A stretch of DNA of 64,000 nucleotides from Octopus bimaculoides (GCF_001194135.2 NC_068999.1:36161256-36225255), one strand, 5' to 3'; positions 12,367 to 26,387 are shown, counted from the first letter of the stretch. Numbers and translations: made by a program. The notes: generated from the letters alone by a model not told the origin.

Positions 12367-13179
12367 TTTCCCCTTTTGAAATTTCGACTTCCGTAAGAAG
12401 TGAAATTTATTTTATTTTTTATTTTTTCAGCACCTCTCCCTCTCTCTGTTTCTTGCTTTTCTTAAATTTCGTTTTCGCATTATTTCTAAATGTACTGTCT
12501 GTTTCCTTTTTCTACTGTTGCTTCTACGGGGTTCAATCTCTTTCGGCGTTGGCACTTCAAACATGTCAGAGAGACTTACAATTGGTATTTCCTTTCATCT
12601 TTCACCAATAAAGTGAAGATGTATAGGTTTTCTTTGTGTATCTTCTACGTTTTCATAAAAATTTGTAGTTGTGCGTGACAGCCGATTCGTTGTTTAATGA
12701 CAGCCGTCAAGGATGACTTAATGAATTTCTATCACATTTTCTGATGTTTTACTAGTAATTGGGTGCACTCAAAGCTCTTTCGAACCATGCATTTACTTCA
12801 CACGCACACATACAAATACACTTGGACAAAGAGGTAAATCGATAGCATAGCAATGCAAATCAAATCACCCGATTGATTTAATTACGTCATTCTCTACGTA
12901 AGTCTCAGTCTTATTGTACAGATGGTTATAACGCAGTGTGTTGTGTTAAAGCATCTAACATCACATCCTCTGAAGAGAGGATAATCAAATGATATGCAAC
13001 ATATCACACAATGTATTTATATTAGTAAAAGAAATTGTTAAGTAATGGAACACACACAAACAATTAAAAGTATTTTTAAATACACAAAAGCGACGTACAG
13101 TCAGTAAATAATAGACTGAAGGTGTATATACGCCTTGAGTTTATGATTTGTTTCAATTTATTAGGAATGACTTGACACC

Positions 13180-13495
13180 TTCTCCATTGGTAGCAAGTTC
13201 AATCTCACAGTTTGTACCAGGTACCAACGGCTTGTTTTCGAAATCACTTTCCACTAAGCTTGACTGAGGCCCCCCGCGACGAGTGAGTTCCACCCAATGC
13301 AGTCGCAAGCCCTGCAACAAGCCTGCTCCCATGCCAGGGTCATATATGCAGCATTCTTTTCCATAGATCTTCTACGCATGCGCTTCTGGTTTCCAATCGG
13401 GAGAATCTCACTTTCGTGAACATGCGTAGCACGTGTGACCGAGCATCTGCCACCGTCTCATGGTTTACCGCAAGTTATTCAAGCTGCAATTTCCT
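13180..13495 (-). pseudogene. degenerate relic resembling a Gypsy integrase C-terminus
   Basis: Frameshifted minus-strand translation 'LAVNHETVADARSHVLRMFTKVR..DLWKR..YDP..W..GASVKLSGK..GTWY...CYQ' resembles the GPY/F module; it lies upstream of the PPT and LTR in the same orientation. Recognised from memory of the family only. Confidence 0.5.
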
Positions 13496-13541
13496 TAGAC
13501 TTCTTCACCCGTGAAGTAGTTACGCCAAGAAATTCTTAAAA

Positions 13542-13756
13542 CAGTAATCCCTTGCCATATCGCTGTTCACCTATCGCGGTTCACCTATCGCGGTTTATTA
13601 TTTAATCTTACGTCGATTCCTCCGTGGTGTTGTTTTGCATTTATAAGAAAATAAATATATACAAATTATAAAAATGATTTTTTTTTAAATTCGCGGAATT
13701 TCAACTATCGCGCGGATTTTTGGAACGTAACACTCGCGATAGTCAAGGGATTACTG
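13542..13756. mobile_element. Tigger/pogo-like MITE (Tc1/mariner superfamily)
   Basis: TIRs: left CAGTAATCCCTTGCCATATCGC, right reverse complement CAGTAATCCCTTGACTATCGC. TA on the right flank (left flank reads AA). 215 bp, no ORF. Confidence 0.8.
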
Positions 13757-13776
13757 TATATCTTAACGTACTCACA

Positions 13777-13942
13777 CAGGCATGACTGTGCGGCGGTGGC
13801 TGGCTAAGAAGCTTGCATCAAACGCAAAGAGGTTTTGGGTTCAGTCCTATGTTGCATCTTGGACTAATTATTTCTGCCTTAGCACTTGCCGATCAAAGCG
13901 TAGTGAGTGGATTTTGTAATCGGAAAATGAATGAAGTCCGCC
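13777..13942 (+). mobile_element. degenerate SINE family D head
   Basis: 'caggcatgactgtg..gctaagaagcttgc..gggttcagtcc..gatcaaagcgtagtgagtggatttt..cggaaa' aligns with 61771-61920. Confidence 0.6.
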
Positions 13943-14164
13943 ACGCACTATTCATTTGATTTTCACTGCAGTTTTTATTCGTTTTTATCTTTAGTTTATA
14001 CGTCTGTCAGAGTTCATTTGTCACACATTCTGTGACCTCATTAATGAATCTGTCCGATGTGCACTCTTGTCCTGATTATTCCATTTTTCCACCCATCCAT
14101 CCATCCATACATACATACATACATACGTGCGTACGTGCATGTGGGGGGGTGCGTGTGTGTGAAT

Positions 14165-14495
14165 GCGCATGGCTCAGAGGTTAGAGCATCCGACTCACAA
14201 CCATGACGTAGTGACTTCGATTCCCTGACCGGGCTACATGTGGTGTTCTTGAACAAGACACTGTATTTCACGTTGATCCAGTTCCCTCATCTGTAAAAAT
14301 GAGTTCTGACGTCACTGATGCTTTGCAGTACCAGTCATTGCCTTCCTGTTGGATAGCGTTGGTAGCGTGGAGAGGGAAGTCTGGTATGCACGGGTGACTG
14401 GTGGTTTTCCATAAAGCCACTTGTCCGGAACTGTGTAAAGATATATTCATAATCCCATGGTCATTCAAGACCGAAGAGGGTCTTCATCCATTACC
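14165..14495 (+). mobile_element. CORE-like SINE family C
   Basis: A box TGGCTCAGAGG, B-box-like ACTTCGATTCC, 'cagttccctcatctgtaaaaatgag' closely resembling the MIR/CORE motif; tail differs from family B; second copy at 56690. Confidence 0.7.
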
Positions 14496-14565
14496 CTATA
14501 TATATATATATATATATGCGTGTGTGTGTGTGTGTGTGTGAGTGTGTGTGTATGTTTGTGTGTGT

Positions 14566-14643
<78 letters not shown>

Positions 14644-15692
14644 ATGTTTACGTTGTGGTTACGATGTTTGGCCCTGATTACTGTTTGACAACAGGTATTA
14701 GTCTGTATATTGCCCTGTAACTTAATTGTTCGGCAAAAATTGTCGGTGGAATGAGCACCATGCTCTAAAAACTAACTACTGGAGTCAATTTGTTTGACTA
14801 AACCCTTCAATGTGGTATATGAAACGAGCGAGAGTTAAACCAAAGTTCTATATATCCTGCCGCTTTTCTTTTTTTTTTCTTTTACATATCTCACACGACC
14901 ATTCGCCGCCGGCACGTCGACTAGTTTATAGGTGTGAAGCTGTTGCCTTGGTTCATGGTAAAGTTGTATGATACAGACTTCAGACACTGGAAGGTAGCAG
15001 TGTCTTTGCCGAGTATCTTCTCCACATCTGTTTCTGCATTGTTTTCTATAGCGATCAGTGTGAGCAAATTATATTTAATGACTATACATGTATGTATTAT
15101 GTTTGTATATTTATTTATTATCTATCTGTGAGTTTTGTGTTTGTCTGTGAGAGTATGGAATATGTGCTGTTTATATCATGTTATATTCGTCGTGATTCGT
15201 ATGTGTGTTTTATAAGCGTGCAACTGTTTGTGTTCCGAAGAAATTTTTTTTACCAGTATGTAAACATACATACATACACATACACATAATTGTGTGTGTG
15301 TCTGTGTATATATGTAGNNNNNNNNNNAAGCGTGCAACTGTTTGTGTTCCGAAGAAATTTTTTTTACCAGTATGTAAACATACATACATACACATACACA
15401 TAATTGTGTGTGTGTCTGTGTATATATGTAGGTAATATAAATGTATGTATGAAATATGTATGTATATATGAATGTATTATGTAGTATGTATGTATGTATG
15501 AATGTATGTATGTATGTATGTATGTATGTAGGTATGTATGTATGTGCAAACATCTATATACTAAATTTTAAAAATATATATACAAATTTATAAATATACA
15601 TACCAACGATGGAGCTTTGTATCTTTGTTAAAAACAAGTTCATTCTTCAAAGGGAGAATTTACACAATTATATATGAATACATCCATGCGCA

Positions 15693-15739
<47 letters not shown>

Positions 15740-16094
15740 TCGTGCACACACACACAGACACACACGCATGCACGCACATATATAAGCTTGTCTTTGCCGA
15801 GTATCTTCTCAACAGTAGTTTCTGTGCTGTCATCGTTAGCGAACACTGTCAACAAATTACATTTAATAAGTAGAAATGCATATATCTTGTTTTTGTGTTT
15901 ATTTGTTACTTATGTGTGGGCATGTATGTGGGTCTGTGAGTGTATGTAATATATGTTGTTCATGTCATGTTATATTGGTCGTAAGTAAGTACTGCGTGTG
16001 TGTTCTATGCACTTGTAACTATTCATGTTCCAAAGAATTTTTTTATATTCATCACGAAAACAAATACAGAAAGATAGATAGATCGATAGACAAA

Positions 16095-16116
16095 CAGACA
16101 GATAGACAAACAGATT

Positions 16117-16185
<69 letters not shown>

Positions 16186-16194
16186 GTAGGTAGG

Positions 16195-16240
<46 letters not shown>
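16095..16240. repeat. (GATA)n microsatellite
   Basis: Direct reading. Confidence 0.95.
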
Positions 16241-16243
<3 letters not shown>

Positions 16244-18082
16244 TGATATGATATTTGTGTGTGTATGTTTGTATGTATGTATATGCTTACATATATACAT
16301 ATACGTATGTGTATATTGGATGAAATATATATGCATAGCTATACANNNNNNNNNNNNNNNNNNNNNNNNNNNNNNNNNNNNNNNNNNNNNNNNNNNNNNN
16401 NNNNNNNNNNNNNNNNNNNNNNNNNNNNNNNNNNNNNNNNNNNNNNNNNNNNNNNNNNNNNNNNNNNNNNNNNNNNNNNNNNNNNNNNNNNNNNNNNNNN
16501 NNNNNNNNNNNNNNNNNNNNNNNNNNNNNNNNNNNNNNNNNNNNNNNNNNNNNNNNNNNNNNNNNNNNNNNNNNNNNNNNNNNNNNNNNNNNNNNNNNNN
16601 NNNNNNNNNNNNNNNNNNNNNNNNNNNNNNNNNNNNNNNCTGACGCTAAAATTTCGAGGATGCGTAATAAATTTCCGGTTGTCAATTTGTAGAGCAGATT
16701 GCTTTTTCTTTATCCATATATTTATATCTTTGGTTGTCTGTTGTTTTTTTCTTTGTTTGTTTGTTTGTTCTTTTTTTTTTGTTTTCGTTTGTTTGTTTGT
16801 TTGGGTTTTTTCCCCCTTTTTTTTTTTGTAGTTCCGTATCCACCTCAGAAAATTATACTGTACGTTCTGTTTATATTAGTACAAGTTTCATTTAAAATAA
16901 ACCGATAGAAAAAATTCTGGCTTTGAATCCTATAGCATTTTCTTATTCTTGATTTAACTGCCAAAAATCCAGAAACCATTACAGAATCCAATTCCAAAAT
17001 AGTAAAAAAGGCTTCCTTTATATTTTTAATCCGCCAAAATATACACAAATAAATGAATGTTAAATTTCTTTCTTTGCTTCCTGTCATGTGAGTTTTTACC
17101 ATTTTCCTAACAAGAAATAATATCCATCGTAATTTGTAAAGATATATTTATAATTTCTTTTTTTCGACGGTTCAGATGAGAAAATTCTTCCGTAGTATAT
17201 CTTTGAACATTTTCTTGTCACGAACAGATATTGATATCTTAAAACGTCAATAATTCAAAATGGGTTTTATACTAGAAAATAATAATGTAATGGAAATATT
17301 TTATCATCGAAGGTATTGCTCATTTCGTGGCTATTTTTGCAGGTCACAGGTTGATAAACAGTAATGATATTGTACGCGAAGTTTGAAACAATGGTCGTTG
17401 ACAAATGGACGAATAACAACTGACTGTAGGAAAGTTTTATATAGCGATAACCATTGCATTCATACATATAAAGTGAAGTTTTCGTATTGTAATAATCTTT
17501 CTTGCACAGCAAAATATAGTGTTTTTCAACGTTTTGCTAACCTGGCTGAGGCTCACTATGTTACGTTTCTTTATTTGTTTTGTAAGATTCCTGATATGAA
17601 ATCGTGAGCTGACGGAGATATTTGGAGATGGTCACTTATATATAATTCTTTTGGGGAATATTGAAACTCGAAGCAAATTAAGTTATAAATAATAGCGTGT
17701 AAACATGGGGCCCTTTCGCTGGAAAACTGAATAGCTACTCATAGAACCCGAACCATTATTTTCTGTACAGGTGACAGATATTCTACAATTGGACCAAAGC
17801 TGTCCTTGGAATTTCTCTTTCCGTTTTATAGGTTCTTTTTTTACCTACAAGAAATGTATGTTGCTGATCCCATAAGAATTTAGAATCTTCGAGAAGAGCG
17901 TGAAATAATTATTTTCTGGGACAATGAAACTCGAAGCATATAAAGCTATAAATAATAGAGCAGAGCAGCCGTCCATTTCGTCCGTTAGTTCACATAACGT
18001 GGGACTGAGTCAGACTGTTATTAAATACATGTAATTGGAAACCAACAAATTCTGTGTACCTTCGTTCGTTTGCTTACTCGTA

Positions 18083-18253
<171 letters not shown>

Positions 18254-19599
18254 CGCATGCGTGTCTGAGACAGTATTAAGTTATAACCATGTACATATCA
18301 TATTTCATGTATACATCCCATTGACTAGCATGTTACTGCAGTTTTCTTCCAAGATAAAATGTCTTATGGACGTTCTGTGTATGAAACCACTACATCGGTA
18401 GGAGAGAAAAAATTTTCCCAGCATGCAATTGCTTATTACGAGTGCAATAAGCTCAAGTTAAGCTGAGTGTCTACAATATAAATTCAATTTTTGGAGGCAG
18501 CGTTTTACTGATCCCAGTTCCCGTATTTGCAATTTACGGTATGTACCAATACCCTGGATAGTAGTGCCACAATAATCTAAGTGAAATATCGACAACGCTA
18601 AGGCTTTTATGGCGACCATAAATCTCAGGCACATTTTATATGCTTCGAAAAATGCTGTGCGGTATACCATGAAAGAATTAATTAAACTTAATTGTCAGCA
18701 CATACGCTGATGCGTTTGATCAGTTTTGCTTGTATACACAAATGTAGATCTCTTGTCACACTTCCTTCTTCTATGCCTTTCTTTACCATCTCTCTCTTTA
18801 TTTCTCTTCCTCTCTCCCTCTTTCTCTCTCCCCCTCTATCTCTCTCTCTCTTTATATATATATATATATATCTCTTCAGACGCCATGCCTACGGGTCTTC
18901 ACGTCAAAATTTGAACTCATATTGTCTTCGAAAAGACAGCATTCGTTTCTCGTTGACTTCTGCCAGTAAATTTACAATTTACTCTGCTAGTCTCTTGCAT
19001 TCGCGAGTTTAAACTTGAGTGATAGGACCTGTTTAGCCCTTAGACGACGGAACAGGTTCGTAAGTTACGTAGACCTTCACTGCACTACCATATTCTGACA
19101 TTTGACCCATAACTAAAGCCATTCACTTATACAATCACCTCGAGACAGTGTAGATCGCGAATAATAATGACGAATATCTATCTCAATCTTCGCCCACACT
19201 CTTGAAAACCTGAACTGGAAAGTCACAACGGATTACAGTTACAAGTCTATAATCTAGCACTCATCCTTAAGAATTCACTAAAATATTGGAGCCACTGAAC
19301 CTTACTGGAGTTCGATCATCGAAACAAATGAAAAAATAAGAAACAGACACCAAATATAATAACAATGTATTTACAAAAGTTATCTTGTGTACGACATAAA
19401 ACTAATATTAAAGCCGCCGTGAATTTTGCTTCTGATTCGGTAAGAGCTTAAGTGATAATGTTGCATTCATTATAAATTCATAATGCAGAAAATAACATCT
19501 TTGAATTAAGCTGAAGTATATTTTTGTCGTTCAACAAAAGAATACTTTCGTACACAACTAAAAATATAATATATGCTTACGATATCTATTTGTCTGTAT

Positions 19600-19653
<54 letters not shown>

Positions 19654-19944
19654 NNNNNNNNNNNNNNNNNNNNNNNNNNNNNNNNNNNNNNNNNNNNNNN
19701 NNNNNNNNNNNNNNNNNNNNNNNNNNNNNNNNNNNNNNNNNNNNNNNNNNNNNNNNNNNNNNNNNNNNNNNNNNNNNNNNNNNNNNNNNNNNNNNNNNNN
19801 NNNNNNNNNNNNNNNNNNNNNNNNNNNNNNNNNNNNNNNNGAGTAAGTGCTGTGCATAAACCATAGTTAAGCTCCAGGTTCGGTGATTATGCGAATAATG
19901 TGTCCAACGTAGGTCATATATCAGCGTGTGAATATAAGGATTAA

Positions 19945-19975
<31 letters not shown>

Positions 19976-20099
19976 CAAAACATCTGCCTGTGTTCGGACT
20001 GTCTCTGCAAAGGAGCCACCATGTTTCCTGCCTTCGCCGGGTAAAAGAATTTTATTTTCGCCCCTCATGTCTTTGCTCTTTATGGTCGCAAAATTAGCC

Positions 20100-21180
20100 A
20101 CCTCTCTTCGTCTAACACGAACACCCACGCACGTCTCCCACCTTCAACTGCCCCTCTCCCCTCAATCCGCACATCTGCATCTGCACACCGCCTCAGTACC
20201 CTCACGACATGCACCCCTACACAAACACCCATACGAAATGTGGAAATCAGTACTCACATCACACACCATTATGCACGCACCCACACGCATCTTCCCACTC
20301 CATACACACTAGCACCCAGCACCTCCCAGTACCCACACCACACACCATCATGCACATTCCTATACCCACACGCACTCGCATGCACATGCACTCACACATA
20401 TCTTCCCACTCCACACACATATGCACCCAATTACTGCCAATCCCTAACTTCCATCACTCCTATGCCATCTCCCCTCACCCCTATCTCACCTCCCAACACC
20501 TAACTCTCACAAACCCTATCCCACCTCAACATTCTATGCATTCCCCTACACCACACAGCATTCACTCCAGAAAGCACACACAATGCAGAAAACACGCCTG
20601 AACACAGACAATATACACATACACGCAATACGCATAAGCACATACAACATTCACACACAAATGTACACAATGAACACACACACACAATATAGGGTCACAG
20701 GCACACATAGACACGTGCACACACTACCACACAAGCAGACATCAACTGCTAAACACAAGCTTTTGCACACGAACGCACACGCGCATGTGCAGTAGTCTCA
20801 AACACATATACACACGTTAATAAGCACACACACACACACACACACGAATTCCCGAAACGAACATTACTCCACACAACGCACCCAAGGTTACTTGTACACA
20901 TACACACACATACTCCCATAAACGCACTCAGGGTCCATGCGTTTGCATAACTACACATATATACACAAACATGATAATTCCACACACATGTTCACACATC
21001 CATACGTACACACACATGAACACCAGTACATGATATGCATATCACTCCACAAAATGTATGCAGTAGGTTACTTATAAACACACACGCACACACACACACA
21101 GTCAGAGGCCAACGCAATTTTAAGCACGCTTTCAAATACATTTGCACGCTCTCCTCCCCATTCACACACATCATTCTCAT
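20100..21180. repeat. about 1-kb degenerate C/A-rich low-complexity tract (decayed (CA)n)
   Basis: Strong C+A strand skew, few G, imperfect CACA/CCCA motifs. Confidence 0.85.
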
Positions 21181-21335
21181 ATAAACACTCGTGCTTGCGC
21201 ACCGTAGTTCAGCCGGTTCACCGTCATTATCTCCCTTTCACAACAACTTTTTTCCGGCCATTTCATTATGTTGAACCGTTCATCCCTACACAGTTTTTTC
21301 TCCATTTTTTTTCACTCTCTCTCTCTCTGTTTTTC
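21165..21335 (+). repeat. dispersed repeat shared with 26045-26200
   Basis: 'catcattct..a.a.acac..gcttgcgcacc....ccgg.tcaccgt.attatctccctttcac...tt.cat.atgttgaa' present at both loci. Confidence 0.65.
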
Positions 21336-21419
21336 CCCCACTCAATCTTTTCTTTCGAAGAGCGTAGGCTCCGTCGGAACGTCGAAGACTTTTATGTATG
21401 TACGTACGTATGTATGTAT

Positions 21420-21570
21420 AGTGGATGTTGGCGAACCCTACTGTACTCTTCCACGACAACTTTCTCTCACACTTACTTCTTGTTTCTGTTGTGTCTGTAG
21501 TTCAAAGGGACAGCCTTGTCACACTGTGTCACGCTGAATATCCCCCAGAACTATGTTAAGGGTACACTGC
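21420..21570 (+). mobile_element. internal fragment of SINE family A
   Basis: 'ggcgaaccctactgtactctt...ccttgtcacactgtgtcacgctgaatatccc' matches about 1810-1950. Confidence 0.8.
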
Positions 21571-24500
21571 ACGTACTCACACACACACACAAATACACAC
21601 ACACATACACACACATACACACACACACATACACAAGTAATTATCTGGACTTTGAGTATACGGTTAGTAGTATGCCAATTAAAGCACTTTCACGGTTTAG
21701 GCAACCTGATGTCAACCACAGTTTTGACATGCGTGTCACTGAATACGCGTGTGTGCGCGTGAAAAACCGCTGCTAAATACGTCGGTGCAGTCATCTACAA
21801 CCGACTGTAAATCGGTCGCACAGCGGGGCGGCAGATACCCTTAGTCTGTTCGACTCTAATAAGACCAACTTATTTGTTTTTGACCGTATTTAATAACGTT
21901 TCCTTAACGGTGTAAGCGTGTGTGTGTGTGTGTCCACAAGATTGGTGGTTGGTGGAACTGCTATGTTCGTCTTTTATTTTTGAGCTTTGATTATTTTACT
22001 CTGTCATGTATTCACTATGAGGTATAGCCAGACCCATTAACCGGTTATAGCCTCGAAACTGATTGTGAAGAAATAAAGATTCCGTTTTCCTCATTCATTT
22101 ATTACATATATAAATCTTTTAATATTTAAATCTTTAAGCTGCTTCAGGCCGATTTTCATTTACTACTTTATTGCACCTTTCGTTTGTACTGAAAACGTAC
22201 TTCTGAACGTAGCTGGCAACAGTCTTATACATATATATATANNNNNNNNNNNNNNNNNNNNNNNNNNNNNNNNNNNNNNNNNNNNNNNNNNNNNNNNNNN
22301 NNNNNNNNNNNNNNNNNNNNNNNNNNNNNNNNNNNNNNNNNNNNNNNNNNNNNNNNNNNNNNNNNNNNNNNNNNNNNNNNNNNNNNNNNNNNNNNNNNNN
22401 NNNNNNNNNNNNNNNNNNNNNNNNNNNNNNNNNNNNNNNNNNNNNNNNNNNNNNNNNNNNNNNNNNNNNNNNNNNNNNNNNNNNNNNNNNNNNNNNNNNN
22501 NNNNNNNNNNNNNNNNNNNNNNNNNNNNNNNNNNNNNNNNNNNNNNNNNNNNNNNNNNNNNNNNNNNNNNNNNNNNNNNNNNNNNNNNNNNNNNNNNNNN
22601 NNNNNNNNNNNNNNNNNNNNNNNNNNNNNNNNNNNNNNNNNNNNNNNNNNNNNNNNNNNNNNNNNNNNNNNNNNNNNNNNNNNNNNNNNNNNNNNNNNNN
22701 NNNNNNNNNNNNNNNNNNNNNNNNNNNNNNNNNNNNNNNNNNNNNNNNNNTAGCGAGGCAGAAATTTTCTGCGTTTAGCGGAGCGGTGTTAAATTTGAGG
22801 TTGAGCCCTGTGAAATTTAGAGTTTAGCGTCTGACCTGTTCAGTGTAGGTTTCTAAATAAACAGAAATACCTAATAAAATCAACATGTATCATCTTACTG
22901 TTTCTTTGTCTCTTCATTGATTATATGATTTTATTATTATTTATTAACTTGTTATATTAATATATTTGTCTTCATGTTTACTTTATGAGTGTTTCAGTAT
23001 TATGTATACCTGTCATGTATTTGTGTACATCATTAATATATAAGTGCATGTGGATGTATGTATTCATATATAATTTTATATGTACATTTATGCACTCATA
23101 TGTGTGTGTGTGTGTGTGAGCGTCTGTCTCAAAAACTCCAAAGTTTTCATGCTTGAATTTGTAAACTACGATAAGAATAACACTAGTTAACAAAGGATTT
23201 GTTCCAAAGAAAAGAATACCTGTATCTTATAAGTTTTTTCATGCATAATTCAAAAATAATGTCAAATTATCTGTATCATCCAGAGTTTCTCTGTTCCACG
23301 ATATCCCTCTCAGTTCCTGTTACGTGGGCTAAATTTCAGTTAAGCTGTTGAAATGGGAAGTCAACGGTTTGAGAAATACTCCTAATACAATTTTTTTATG
23401 AATAGAATTAAACTAGTGAAATCATAAATCCAGCTGAGTCAATGAGTCCTCAAAATATATGAAATTAAAAATATGTAAAAATACGAACACACAGAAAAAG
23501 CAAAGAAAAATATGTAATATACTAACACACAGAAAAAATTAAATAAAACGCGGATGAAAAGAATCTCGTGGCGTGAAGAATCAAGTGTGAAAAATCAACA
23601 TAGACAACAGCGGCACAGACAACAGTGAACCACAACACAGTTTGTGGATGTCATGGTAACAAAATGCTAATGCCACACTGTCTGTTGATTGGCAAAAATA
23701 ACCCAAATTCCCCAAATTTAATTCCAAATAACATCAGATTCTTTAATTTACGAGATAAAGTAATTGGTTGATCGTAATCGAAATTCAGAGTTGCATCGAT
23801 ACACCAAAATTGAAAGCAATCAAAACAAAATTAAGGATGGCTCATTTTGCGTTTGAGAAAGACTAGATCCGCACCGCCTTTAGTCGAGCAAATCGACCTT
23901 AAGACTTATTCTTTATAAGCCTAGTACTTATTCTATCGGTCAATTTTCAGTGTAAGAAAATATTTGAGATCGAATTACTGTGGAAAAGATAGGGAATATA
24001 GAAAGAAATAAGAGAATGAAAGTAGAAATAAGATATATAAAAACATTGTAGTTGCAGTTCCATTAATGGAGGGAAATGGTGTATAGAAATGGAAAAAAAA
24101 AGAAAGGTATGTAAGTTCCAATAGGAGTTCATGTTCAGTCATTTCAAAGTATGGAGCCGTGGGATCTGTGTTGCTAGTTCGAAAGGGTCTTGTGGCGAGA
24201 ATGAAAATTTGAGAATGTATTGGTAGTATTTGTGAATAGAGGTGGGGTGGAAAGATGTGTATGATTAGAAAGAGGAGACAGGTCAAATTGAGAGCAGGAA
24301 GAGAAAATGAGAGGAAGAAAGAGAGAAAAAGGAAGACAGAAAGATAAACAATTCCTTGGCATCTCACCTAAGGACATACCTATTCCTTCGCAAAAGACTT
24401 TCCTCTTACTCCTCCTCTCTAATATATATATATATANNNNNNNNNNNNNNNNNNNNNNNNNNNNNNNNNNNNNNNNNNNNNNNNNNNNNNNNNNNNNNNN

Positions 24501-25068
24501 NNNNNNNNNNNNNNNNNNNNNNNNNNNNNNNNNNNNNNNNNNNNNNNNNNNNNNNNNNNNNNNNNNNNNNNNNNNNNNNNNNNNNNNNNNNNNNNNNNNN
24601 NNNNNNNNNNNNNNNNNNNNNNNNNNNNNNNNNNNNNNNNNNNNNNNNNNNNNNNNNNNNNNNNNNNNNNNNNNNNNNNNNNNNNNNNNNNNNNNNNNNN
24701 NNNNNNNNNNNNNNNNNNNNNNNNNNNNNNNNNNNNNNNNNNNNNNNNNNNNNNNNNNNNNNNNNNNNNNNNNNNNNNNNNNNNNNNNNNNNNNNNNNNN
24801 NNNNNNNNNNNNNNNNNNNNNNNNNNNNNNNNNNNNNNNNNNNNNNNNNNNNNNNNNNNNNNNNNNNNNNNNNNNNNNNNNNNNNNNNNNNNNNNNNNNN
24901 NNNNNNNNNNTGTCACAGACTGTGCACACAAAAAGGTCCTTGTCATTCACCTTCTCAGTCTTCACCTTTTTCCTTAAATGTATATATATACATATATATA
25001 TACATATATATACACACATATATATATATATATACATATATATATGTACATATATATATATACATAGA

Positions 25069-25220
25069 TACGACGGGCTTCTTTCAGTTTCCGTCTATCA
25101 AATCCACTCACAAGGTTTTGGTCGGCCAGAGGCTATAGAAGAAGACACTTGTCCAAAGTGCCACGCAGTAGGACTGAACACGGAACCATGTGGTTGGTAA
25201 GCAAGCTACTTACCACACAG
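25069..25220 (-). mobile_element. SINE family D head
   Basis: Reverse complement of 61771-61925. Confidence 0.8.
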
Positions 25221-25298
25221 ACAAACATACATATGTACATATATATATATATGCACTTGAGTTCATGTGTGTGCGTGTGCTTGTGTGTGTGTGTGTGT

Positions 25299-25335
<37 letters not shown>

Positions 25336-25967
25336 TGTGTGTGTGTGTGTTTGTGTGTGTGTGCGTGTGTCATCGTAGATACATTTCAGAGTTCAGACTA
25401 CCAAAGTACTTTTTCCGCTAGGTAATATTCCATGCTTTATTGCAGAAGGTACAACTTTACCTATCATCAATTAGAGTTAATATTAAAAAGAAACGGCACG
25501 AGATCGATTTAACTGGAAAACCCAATACGAATCAAGGTGTTAAGAACGTTCCCGTTAAGAAGCCAACTTTATAATTAGTTCTTTTATATTCAACATTTGC
25601 CTAACAGCGTTTTACATAACACCACTTCTGTCCTCCAGTGTTCACTCGCATATCAAAGAGCTCTCATTTAAACCAGGAATCTGTTACATCGATCTGTTTC
25701 TCCGTTGATGCATTTTCTAGGCTTCTAGAATACTTCTAAAAGTCTTGGTTTAAATTCCTCACCTGGAAAAATGAAAATTGTTTCATCACTATAGTTTCAG
25801 GTGGCGATTTAATAATGAAATAAGATAATAACGAACTGTAAATTAGTAAAAGATAAAGGATCAAAGCTGCCTAAACGTTTCTGATTTGTAATAAATCTTC
25901 GACGGAAGTGACACAGGGTCATCAGTTCACAACACGACATGTAGTCTATACTGTATCCTTGACAAAG

Positions 25968-26051
<84 letters not shown>

Positions 26052-26343
26052 CATCATTCTTACAGATACACGTGCGCTTGCGCACCCTTTGTTTGGCCGG
26101 GTCACCGTTATTATCTCCCTTTCACTCAGCCTCTTTTTTCTGGTCACTTCATCATGTTGAAGAGTTAATCTCTCGTCTCTCTCTCTCTCTCCCCTCTCTC
26201 TCCCCCTCCTNNNNNNNNNNNNNNNNNNNNNNNNNNNNNNNNNNNNNNNNNNNNNNNNNNNNNNNNNNNNNNNNNNNNNNNNNNNNNNNNNNNNNNNNNN
26301 NNNNNNNNNNNNNNNNNNNNNNNNNNNNNNNNNNNNNNNNNNN

Positions 26344-26387
<44 letters not shown>

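Noticed and set aside
14855-14924. TC...CTAG segment between A and T with a GC-rich end, like a mini-Helitron
   Set aside because: Only 70 bp, weak hairpin, and no second copy in the window; could easily be chance.
15211-15431. Exact duplication of about 105 bp across a 10-N gap
   Set aside because: Identical sequence on both sides of a nominal-size gap is a typical unmerged contig overlap artefact.
18458-18670. 70-aa minus-strand ORF, vaguely LINE-like
   Set aside because: No diagnostic motif that I can name with confidence.
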